A stretch of 37,189 nucleotides of DNA from the NCBI GenBank assembly GCA_023231475.1, contig JALJEE010000524.1:1-37189 (forward strand), in the 5' to 3' direction. A model generated the notes under the pieces. The model searched no databases. It worked only from the letters and a program-made list of their open reading frames with translations, and was not told the origin of the DNA. A program made the translations under genes and the position numbers. Source of the DNA: Seison nebaliae. Taxonomy: Eukaryota. Shown piece by piece: positions 1 to 9,827 of the stretch (position 1 is the stretch's first letter; each line of letters starts with the position of its first letter).

Positions 1-149
1 CTGTATTTGTCCTAAATTCAAACGTTTGTTTAAGTGAAGATAAAAAATGAATCGTGAAAAGAAAGATAAGTCAGCAAGAAAGACGATAAGTGAAAAACGT
101 GATCTTTTTCTTGTAAGCCTCCTTTTTCAATCTATATTTTCCATGTAAG

Positions 150-1511
150 TGAATTCGCGACAACAACGACCACCACGACAACCACAACCACCACCAAGAC
201 AACCACGACAACCACCACCACCACAACAACCACAACAACCACCACAACCACAACAACCACAACAACAACAACAACAACAACAACAACCACAATAATAACA
301 AATACAACCACAACAATATCGCCATTAAAAATGATAATGATGGAAGAAGGATTAGATGGACTTAATGTTGTCAGTGATTCATCAGAAAATGATATTGATG
401 ATGAACCTGATCTATCTGAATTATATAAATTTAGAAAAACCATTTTTTCCCATGCATTATTTGGCATCACTTCTGTCGATGGAAGAGTATTCAAATTAAT
501 GAATCAAACCGGAACATTTACAAAACATGGTAAAGTCAATAATTTCAGGGTACTTGACGTTAACGATTGTAAAGATATAATAACATTTTTCACTGGTCAA
601 AAATTAATGATAGGTTTGATAAAAAATGGTAAAGTTCAATTAATAAGCGATTTATTCACTCGCGCCGTTTCAGCAAAAATGGCATACCAATCAAGACAAA
701 AAACAATTTATTATTTCGCCGAAGACAATTTTTTGCATGCGATAGTGTTGAACACGAATAAATTTGAAACGCCCATAATAGTTTCGAAAGAAATACCTGA
801 TATTAAACAATTCAAAATTACTTCTAACAAGTTAATTTTATTAAATTTTTCATTCATCAATTTTTATTCTAAATTCTTATATTTAATAGTGAAATGTACG
901 GATTAAACTTAAATGGAATGTTATTTCACTTCAATGATAATAAAAATTTGATTACAATAGACACACAGGAGCCTAACTATACATCATTTATTTCCAATGA
1001 TTATATTATGAGAAATGATGGTCAAATCATGGATCTGATCGGAAAACAACCTTTTTCTCTCATGAACCATAAACGTAGTACATTAATTGATTGTTGGAAG
1101 ACATCGGTGCAATATGAATGCATCGATTCAAACTGGACAATTTTTGGTGAAAAAACACTTTCTCCACTCTTACATTCGTCATTTGCTGTTCCATTGATAA
1201 GTATTTACGGAATTCATCGCAACATAATTCCAAAAAATGAAAAACGAGAAGAATATATCGAAACTTCTACAACATCTTTACCATTGTCGAACAATGAAAT
1301 TCCTGAAACGAAAAACGAAACAGAAATTGATCGATCTTCTTTCAATATAACGAAGAGTGAAGCGCCATGGAAAACGAGTGAAGAAACGGAATTCGAAGAA
1401 ATAGAGAAACCAGAAAGAATGTCGAAAACATCTTTAATTTGTGCCATCGTCGTACCAATCGTGGCAATTATCATAATTGTGGCAATTTTGATAAAGAAAT
1501 GTTGGAGATGA
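150..1511 (+). CDS. Type-I membrane protein: poly-Thr mucin-like stretch, divergent beta-propeller-like ectodomain, S/T/E stalk, one TM helix, 5-aa tail; 5' end unresolved
   Basis: Frame open from about 103 through poly-Thr (160-315) into ORF 331. Intron 831-889 (AA|GTTAAT..TAG|T) joins it in frame to ORF 894-1511. C-terminal LICAIVVPIVAIIIIVAILI-KKCWR. Segment MAYQSRQKTIYYFAEDNFLHAIVLN loosely resembles a YWTD repeat. Confidence 0.6.
160..315 (+). repeat. (ACA/ACC/ACG)n trinucleotide repeat encoding poly-Thr
   Basis: Directly visible; explains the poly-Val and poly-Leu/Trp antisense ORFs. Confidence 0.95.
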
Positions 1512-1638
1512 TCTGGACATTCGGAAAATATATCCAGACCATTTTTTAACGTTTAAAAGAATATTTTTTATTTCGTTTTAAAATTTTTCTCATTTAATTT
1601 GAAAAGAAAAAAAGTTATTAATTCCGAAATTTCTTTCT

Positions 1639-2217
1639 TCAAATTGTTGTTTCGATGGATGTGAGTGATTCCAACGAATTCTGTTTGACAGACATCCTAT
1701 TAAACTTTTCTTGCATATCATCGAATACGAAAGTGACAGGTCGACGTGTCTTTACCGTCAATTCTTCCAAATACCGACGACTATAAAGTTCTTCTTGAAT
1801 AAAACAGGATTCATGAGAAGAAGTAGTAATACTACGTCTCTTTTTCTTTCTATCTAAAGAGAGTCGTTCAAGTAGATCAGTTAAGAGAGGAGGGGCTGGT
1901 GGACTATCACCATTCATTCGTTTATCTTCCATATATGGAAGTGATTCTTTTTTTCTTTCATTTCTCTCCTCCTTACGAAAGATATCTAATTTCATCGAAT
2001 CGATAAGATGTCGCAGACAAATAACATTACGAGGACGAAATATTTCTGGTTGATTTCTTTTTTGCCATATTTCTGATTTTTCGATTCGTTCATATGCCCC
2101 ATGTTTTTCTTTGTAAGCTTCTAATTGAGCTGCGTTCGCTGCCCATATCATTGCAGGTACATCATTGATAAATCGCTCGCGATATTTCGCTTCGAACTCT
2201 TCAATTTTATTAGTCAT
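1639..2217 (-). CDS. Hypothetical protein (about 192 aa from MTNKIEEF; ORF track extends to 2439)
   Basis: Charged, protein-like composition from ATG 2217 to stop 1639. The upstream part of the ORF is F/I-rich and looks like non-coding AT-rich sequence. No family recognised. Confidence 0.5.
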   Translation of the reverse strand: MTNKIEEFEAKYRERFINDVPAMIWAANAAQLEAYKEKHGAYERIEKSEIWQKRNQPEIFRPRNVICLRHLIDSMKLDIFRKEERNERKKESLPYMEDKRMNGDSPPAPPLLTDLLERLSLDRKKKRRSITTSSHESCFIQEELYSRRYLEELTVKTRRPVTFVFDDMQEKFNRMSVKQNSLESLTSIETTI

Positions 2218-2880
2218 TGAAATTAACAATTTTCTTATTGGAAATATGTCTTTAAAAAAAAAAGAGAAATACTTTATGAAATTAAGAGAATATTGGAATG
2301 AATTAAAGAGAATGAAGAGAACGGGGAAAAGATATGGAGAATAAACAATTTGAGAAATGTTAAAAAAAGGAAAATTTGAATGAGCGATCTTTCTTCTTTG
2401 TGCAAAGATAAAAATAAATATATTGTTTGAAAATCTCATTTAACGGACGTGTAATTTTTTAACGGAAAGAACTTCATATTTTATAGAATCATTTATAGAT
2501 GACGTCAACAAAGAGAAATGAATGGAAGAATTAGATGGAGTAGAGATGAATGCAAAAGGAGATATAAAAAAAGAATGCCGTGTATAAAAAAATTTATGTA
2601 TATCTCAAGTGAACATCGAGTGAACGGAATTAACTACGAGAAAAGTGGGATGTAAGTTAATGCAAGAACGACTTGTCGGTTACCTAAAACAAAACTTTAT
2701 TTCTTTCTTTTATTTTTCTCCAAAAATTCCTTTCCTATTCAATCTGTTACTTCACATTTCTTCCATCATCCAACTTTACTATTCGACTATCTATCTCCAC
2801 ATTCTAACTACTAGTTCTATATAGATAACAAAATTTTATTTAACGAACAATTTTTATTTTATATTTCATTCTGGCAGTTG

Positions 2881-3264
2881 TAATTTTAGTCAAATTTTTT
2901 GGAACTCTTCTTTTTAAAACTTCATTTTCTATAAGAAATATTTAAGTTATGAGGTTAAATTTAATACATTTAGAAAGAGCACGAAATGGTCTACATTTTA
3001 TAGTAATTTTCAGACTTAATTTTCTTTTAAAAATCTATCAATAATTTGGAGTTTTTTAATTGAAAAAAATTTCAAAAAATCAATTTTTATTTATAAACAA
3101 TTAGAGATATATTTTTAAAATAAAATTAAATCTGAAAATTACTATAAAATGTAGAGCATTTCGTCCTCTTTCTAAATATATTAAATTTAACCTCATAACT
3201 TAAATATTTCTTATAGAAAACGAAGGTTTAAAAAGAAAATTTCGGAAAAATTTGACTAAAATTA
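2881..3264. mobile_element. Foldback / MITE-like element with 166-bp inverted arms
   Basis: 2881-3046 is the reverse complement of 3099-3264 (about 14 mismatches by hand alignment, no gaps), with a 52-bp spacer, TA at both outer ends and no coding capacity. The inverted repeat is seen directly; the mobile-element call is inference. Confidence 0.7.
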
Positions 3265-3372
3265 AAATCTTCATTTTTAATTTATTATTCTACATATCGG
3301 AATATATACTATAAAATTTTTATGTTGTTAAACAGTTAAACTAAATGAATTCATTAAGAAAATGATAATCAA

Positions 3373-4411
3373 TTAATTTTTAATAGAGAACATAATTGTT
3401 TGTTGTTCCAACAATTTCCGTAATCGTTTCTCATCTCCATTGTATCTAATCGGTTCATAACTGCCAGGTGCAGGTGTCGAATATTTCTTCAACAAATAAA
3501 AAGATTACATAAACGTCATGATGAATAAATGGAATGAAACTAATTTAATTTTGGGGAAACGATCAGAAGGCGACTTGAACACCGATGTAATTGTTTGTGG
3601 ATTTTTCTTCTTTAATGGTTCATAAAATCCAGGACCTGGTCCACTTTTCTATTGAATGAGAAAAAAGAATAAAAAGTTTATCAGATTTCCTCGAAAATGG
3701 AAACCGGTCGAAAATTCTGGATGGGAAAACGTTGAGTTTCCGATCGAAAATTGGCGAATGATCTCGTCGCTTTCGTTGATGAGATAGATTGATGATTCGA
3801 AAGATCATATTGATTAGGACTCACATTGTGGATTGTATTCTAAAAAATTTAGTTTTACTTTTTTCTCTTGAATAAAATTCAAACTATAGTGGTCGGTCTT
3901 GAGATAGAACGAAATGCATAAGATGAATTACATTTCAATAAACGATGTGTCAAATCAGCTTTATCACCACTTCGTTCGATATAGTAAGCTCCTGGTAATA
4001 ATGTGGAACCAGTTTGTTGATGATGAGGATAGGGAGCTCGACGTCTACCATCACTTTTGAAGGACGACCTAGCATCGGTTCGGGAAAGGAATTGTTGTAT
4101 GGAACTTGGTATCTCGTAGCGATTTGGTAATGGTGTCTCTCTCACATATGCCCTCCACCACGACTCTCGGTTAGTGAGAGCTTTTTCGAAATTTTTATTC
4201 CAATCTCGTTTCTTTTCAAGAAAAAAAAAAGGATGATATAAATATAAAATAGAATTTTTTCAAAATAATTTTATTCAAAAAAAAATTTCGAAATAAAAAA
4301 AACGATTTCAAAAGATAAAAAAAAGAATGATTTATAAGATAAATATTTAATAACATTCGGTTCCATCAATTTTGAAGTAGAATATGAAAATTTCCTATTT
4401 ATTTCTTCCAT
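3373..4411 (-). CDS. STPG4: STPG4-like sperm-tail PG-rich repeat protein, 5 exons, 246 aa
   Basis: Exons 4411-4355, 4211-3885, 3839-3705, 3648-3541, 3486-3373, all phase-0 GT-AG. Translation contains RESWWRAYVRETPLPNRY, VSPNQY, FRSETQRFP, GPGPGFY, ITSVFKSPSDRF and TPAPGSY, matching in order the STPG4 motifs as I recall them (REGWWR..TPIPGTY, SPGQY, FRSTVQRFP, GPGPGHY, TPGPGAY). Confidence 0.82.
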
Positions 4412-5208
4412 TTCAACAGATTATTTTCCGAGTACTCCCTCATTCATTCATTCTCCTTCACCACAGTACCTTCTTTCAGTTGTTTTGTTCAAACGACAAA
4501 ATAAACGTAGTCAAAGAATTGTTAAAAGAATTGAGATGTTATTTGTTCCGATTTATTAAAAGAAAAAAGAGCTAACGAACTTTCTCGTACTTTAACTAAC
4601 AAAAACGATGTTTAAGATTAAAAGAAATTCTCTTTTATTCTACTTTTTCATACACAACAATCTAACGAAACGATTACATTGAATGTATATATCACACCAG
4701 AGTGATATGATGGAGAGGTAATGAAATAAGAATCTGGATACGTAATTTGCCATTCATTGCGAAGAACAATATCGAAATTTAGAGTGTGGATATTTAGATG
4801 TCGTCAAAGGGAGCAATTTCTTCTCCAACCTTTAACATTAATGCATATACACACACAACAACAACAACAACAACAAAAGAGTACGAGAAGTTTAAATATT
4901 TGTTAGGATAACTTCTCGATTATTTTGACTTTCATTTAAGGAAAACTATAAAAATCGATGTTGGTATCCAATGCCATTTTCATTCAAACTAAAACAATCT
5001 GATAAATGAGTAAATACGAGAAGGTTTTCGTATATTGTGAATAATTATTCTTTCCTTAATTATCATTAAACTTCAAATGTTTAAAAGTTCCACTTACAAT
5101 TTAGTTAGAATGATTCAATTTTTAATAATTTAGTTTTATTGGAAAAGAAGTTATTTAGATGGAGAAAGAAAGAAAGAGATTTGGAAGAGGAATATTTATA
5201 GTTTCAAT

Positions 5209-6426
5209 TTAAATGATTAAATAAGTACCTTTTCCTGAATGCAAATAAAATGCAAGCAAACCTTCAAACATTGAAATTCTCAATTTAATCGACGTCTTCG
5301 ACCGATAATAAGATGCCATAAAACTTATTCCCAATAAGATACATAGAAAGAAAGAAATCGTTGCTATGGCATAGATGAGAAATACGAGGGCTAATTTATT
5401 AAAAGCTTGCATTCGTGGTCGGTTTTTTACTAAATGGTAATAAAATGCTACGTTAAGTGCGAGAACGGATAATACGCCGAGACAAGGTTGAAATACGATG
5501 GACAAGTAGTAGAGAATGGTCAATCTTTTCCCACTTGGTGGTGTTTCCATTCGTCGATAATCATTTAAAATTAACTCAGGTGTTGGCAATTGTTCTTTCT
5601 GAACTTCTTTACGGAACTTCTTCAACATCGAATTATCTATCACGTTCACCAATTTCTCAGCTTTATTCTCCTTTGCCAATTTCTTCATTGCTTCAAGTTG
5701 CAACTTTTGTTCAAGTTTCTTTTGTTCTTTCTCTTTTTTTTTCTCTTCCCGAATCTTCTGTTCTTTCCGTTCGGTGTATGATTTGCTCTTCTTAAGTTTC
5801 CCTTGGAATTTATGAAAAAACGAACGTTTTACAACCTCTTTCTCGTCAATAAATTCCACTACATTCGATTCCTCAGTTGCTTGAGACTCTGTTCCTCCGG
5901 CTTGACTACTTTCCTGCTTAGAGTCTGATGTCTCGAAATTCCCACTGTCTGCATAAGCAGTTGACTCAGCTTCTTCCTTTTTCTCCGATTTATCTTCCTC
6001 TTTTTTCTCATCTTTTTTCTTATCTTTTTTCTCATCTTTTTTCTTATCTTTTTTCTCATCTTTTTTCTTATCTTTTTTCTCATCTTTTTTCTTATCCTTC
6101 TTCTCATCTTTTTTCTTTTCCTTCTTCTCATCTTTTTTCTTATCCTTCTTCTCATCTTTTTTCTTATCCTTCTTCTCATCTTTTTTCTTATCGTTTTTAT
6201 CATCTTTTTTCTTATCCTTTTTTTCATCTTTATTCTTTTGTTTTTCCGCTTCTTTAGAACTTTCTGAGATTTCTTCATCTTTTTTCTTCTTTTTCTTCTT
6301 TTTACCTTCCTCTTCTGATGGTTCTTCAGTCGCTTGAGTGTCCGCAGTGACTTGCGACGACGCTTCAGTCGAATCGTCTGATGGAGACGGAATACTTGTT
6401 GATAACATATTTATAAATCGCGACAT
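5209..6426 (-). CDS. Membrane protein with long Lys/Asp/Glu-rich N-terminus and C-terminal two-hydrophobic-segment (CD225/dispanin-like) module; 3' end may be spliced further
   Basis: 405-aa ORF with two hydrophobic stretches, LTILYYLSIVFQPCLGVLSVLALNVAF and LALVFLIYAIATISFFLCILLGISFM. Possible donor G|GTACTT near 5228. Confidence 0.7.
   Translation of the reverse strand: MSRFINMLSTSIPSPSDDSTEASSQVTADTQATEEPSEEEGKKKKKKKKDEEISESSKEAEKQKNKDEKKDKKKDDKNDKKKDEKKDKKKDEKKDKKKDEKKEKKKDEKKDKKKDEKKDKKKDEKKDKKKDEKKDKKKDEKKEEDKSEKKEEAESTAYADSGNFETSDSKQESSQAGGTESQATEESNVVEFIDEKEVVKRSFFHKFQGKLKKSKSYTERKEQKIREEKKKEKEQKKLEQKLQLEAMKKLAKENKAEKLVNVIDNSMLKKFRKEVQKEQLPTPELILNDYRRMETPPSGKRLTILYYLSIVFQPCLGVLSVLALNVAFYYHLVKNRPRMQAFNKLALVFLIYAIATISFFLCILLGISFMASYYRSKTSIKLRISMFEGLLAFYLHSGKGTYLII
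6001..6230 (-). repeat. Coding 24-bp tandem repeat (KKDKKKDE) about 9 copies
   Basis: Repeating tcatcttttttcttatcttttttc on the + strand. Confidence 0.95.
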
Positions 6427-6835
6427 TCTCTCTTTCTCAAACGAACCAAAACTATATTTTAATTAACTCGAAAATAAAAGTTAAACGAATCGCATAATAT
6501 TCGAACGAATTCTCGCTAAAATAAGGAGAAAATAAAACGTTTTCCAATTCTCTTTTTTGAGATTGTGAAGAGATTTTTTTTTAATTTTATTTCATGAGAT
6601 GATATTTATATGGTTACTCCGATAAAATTGATTTATCGAATTGAAAAGAATTTACAAAAAATTTAAACTTTCTCATTAAAAAAAAAAAGATTAAAGATTA
6701 TTGAAAAAAATAATTTTAAAATAAAACACATTGCCATAATATGAGTAAGATAAGATTTGATTATTACCAACACGACAATTGTTCACTAGAATGAAGGTTG
6801 ATTAGAGGAATGTTGGAATTTATTAGAATAACTAA

Positions 6836-8033
6836 CTAATCATAAATGGATTTCTTTTTGCTTTTAACGGTTGAATGATCATTCTTCTCACTAGTTGATG
6901 ATCGTTTTAATGAACCTTTTTTTTCTTCTTCATTATCATCATTATCATCATCATCATCATTATCAGAGAATGAATAATTCTTTTTTGAATTATCACATCT
7001 CTGAGATGATGATGGTGAATTGACATTTCTGCGAGATGATGAACAACAATTTTTTTCTTCATTATTACATGTGGTAGTTGATCGTTGGGAACGATGTTTT
7101 CTATAATCTCTTTCGTCATCATCCGTCGAAATAGTTCCATCATTTTCATCATGAGAATAACCCGATTTCCGACGACGATTCTTATGAGACGAATTATCTG
7201 ACGAGTCTAAATCAATATTTTTTTTCTGACTAATAACAAATAAAATATTCAACTTCTACAATGATAATTAGAGGATGATTGGAGACGATGAATTTTATAT
7301 TCGATTCTCTTCAATTCATTGGGAGGAACACGGGGAAATCGGATATCATACCATGTTGCTCCCGTCAACCAGAGAGCCAACAGTTTGCCCATTTCTAACA
7401 TTCTTCCTCCACCTGCCTTCACATCGATTTCTCTCTTATCTCTCAAATGGTCTTCATACCATTCCAAATAATTAGATGGTTTCAATGCAAATCTATTAAT
7501 TCAATTAATTAATTAAAAGAAATGGAATTTGAGAGAAATAAAAACCTGATCCACATGAATCCTATTGCTCGAACATATGGAGACGATTTGACATTAATGA
7601 GACCATTCAGCTGTTTTCTAGTTAATTTTAACGTATATAGTTTATATAAAATACAAAATGCTGTACTGACAATGCCACCACCACCAACGCCACGAACCTA
7701 AAAAGGATTTAGAAGAAAATAGAATGTTTACATAGAAACCATCAAAACGGAAAACAAACTCCTCCACACATTCCATTGAGGCCTTTGGTTTTATGTGTAC
7801 CCTTCTCCCATGGTTCCAAATGAGTGACCTGAATGAGATAAATAAAAATTTATAAAGAATTGATGAAAAAGAACTTTTCTTTCAATTTCTGTTATCACTT
7901 CATGATAAGTCTTCTTCTCATATAATGTAACTTTGAAATAGCGAGATGATTGTATATTGGTGAGAATGACATTATTCAAATTCATTGTACCAACTGTTCC
8001 AGTAACCTCCAAGGCATTTGACTCCTTCGGCAT
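6836..8033 (-). CDS. PRPF38B: Pre-mRNA splicing factor 38B, 5 exons, about 329 aa
   Basis: Exons 8033-7875, 7828-7760, 7697-7546, 7492-7254, 7206-6836. Spliced product TMNLNNVILTNIQSSRYFKVTLYEKKTYHEV..VTHLEPWEKG..GMCGGVRGVGGGGIVSTAFCILYKLYTLKLTRKQ..SPYVRAIGFMWIRF..IDVKAGGG..FPRVP is the PRP38 domain of the 38B type. The last intron is placed by frame only. Confidence 0.93.
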
Positions 8034-9327
8034 TGTCGTTTATCTTCCTGATTTATTCCTCAATATCCACTGGCGATATCAGATAATTATATGTTAATGA
8101 TAATAAACAATCAACTTATTATTATTTATCGGATATTTATTTCCTCCCAACATTCCAATTAGCTATTTTAAAATAATAAATTTTCTCATTTGAATTTTAA
8201 GCCTATAGTAAAAAATATTATTTATTATTATATTTATTATTAAATAATATATTTATATTTCTTTTTATATATTTTCGTCAGTTTCATTAACCGGCAAAGA
8301 TGAATGAATCATTGTTATGTGATTGGTAAATGAAGACGAATTTTAATGAAGAAAGGCAAGAAAAGAAATCTTATTAATAAGTTTTCATTTTCGAAAAGTT
8401 GGCTTAAGATTAAAAAGTTTCTCTCAAACTTAGCCTTGTCGCCATAGTGAGTTTGTTGAATGATCAGACGGAAAGACGCGGAGTGATTTGTAGATTCGAG
8501 TAGAGAAAAGGATAATTTTAGATAAAGCTTCAATAGCGAGCTCTGGAATTATTAATTGAAAAATGGTATTCGCAACATCACGAACAACAATTGATCGTAT
8601 TATCTGTGTGGTTAGTGAGATTTCATTTCGTTATTCGTCCTGACAACTCAACGATCCAATCCTCTTTTACACCACCTCCATATTCCCTTTCCCCACATTC
8701 ACACCCGGACAATTCTCTGAGTTTGAATGAATGAGAGTGACTGAGTAGATTGTTTAAATAAAAACTAATTCTTTCGTCGTTTATCTGTCGGTTGACACTC
8801 CCAATATTTAGTCGTTCATCATCTTCACAATAATTACATGGGCATTCGTCTTCCTCACCACAATCACTTACAGCGATCGATTAGTGAAACGATTAGAGAG
8901 CAACATAAAATTCGTTGATCGGATAGAACGAGCGGACGATCGTGGCTCGTTACATGACCGTCTGGTTGAGAATCGAATAATCGTGTAAATGGACCATTGG
9001 TTGATGAGAACAATTAAGCAATTGGCTGAATTCGCATCAATATATTTATGGGTATTAGTCATCTACCTCTTCTTATCAGTTTCATATCAATTATTTCGAA
9101 ATAATTAACTACGTCCATCGATGTCAATTAAGCTTAACTTTCAAATTGTTTTCCAATTCTCTTTAAACATTTCTCATTTGCCATCGCGTCGAATTAGACA
9201 CAAACATTCAAAGCGTTATTTAAATAGTCGGTTGATAAATAAATATTTGTAAATTATTCTCCCACATATATTTATCTATTATCTCTACGCTAATCAAAAC
9301 GAACATAAAAATACACATAAAAAATTA

Positions 9328-9329
<2 letters not shown>

Positions 9330-9357
<28 letters not shown>
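9330..9357. repeat. (AC)n microsatellite
   Basis: Directly visible. Confidence 0.95.
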
Positions 9358-9359
<2 letters not shown>

Positions 9360-9827
9360 TTTAGTGACTCTTACAGAGAAACATATGTATTCCAAATATA
9401 AACATCTTCTCATTCTTCTAAAATTCTTCTTTTATTTTCTTTTTTTGTTTGATATAAGCAATCGATAATTCTTCATCTTTATTCCATTCCAATATGAATA
9501 TCTAATTAAAACATCTTCATCATTTTTCTTCGTTGATTTTTAATACAAAGTTGTCGTTACAATGGATGAATGAAAGTTGAGAATTGATGAGTTTAAGAGG
9601 AGATGTTCATTTTTCTTTTCGAAGCGAAATATTCTTTAAACAATTAAATTTTTCTAGGTGGTTAATTTGTTGATAGAAATTTGATAAAATATTTATTCTA
9701 AATAGAGACTGGGAGTGAAAAATTGAATTGAATTAGCTTAAAATATTAATTTGTAAGAGAAATCGTTTAATTTCATTTAATGATCGTCAATTTATGATCG
9801 ATAGTTATAAAGAGAAGAATTGTCAGC

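Noticed and set aside
71..494. Poly-Val and poly-Leu/Trp ORFs on the minus strand
   Set aside because: Antisense shadows of the poly-Thr trinucleotide repeat.
5457..6278. Overlapping ORFs with RKKM and LFSY repeats
   Set aside because: Alternative frames and antisense of the 24-bp coding repeat gene.
8623..8880. About 85 open codons on the minus strand (CPCNYCED...)
   Set aside because: No start codon or splice acceptor after the upstream stop, and no recognisable domain.
9056..9090. TTCTTATCAGTTTCATATC resembling U2 snRNA stem IIa
   Set aside because: Lacks the complementary CTGATA strand, the GTAGTA branch-recognition sequence and the U2 5' end.
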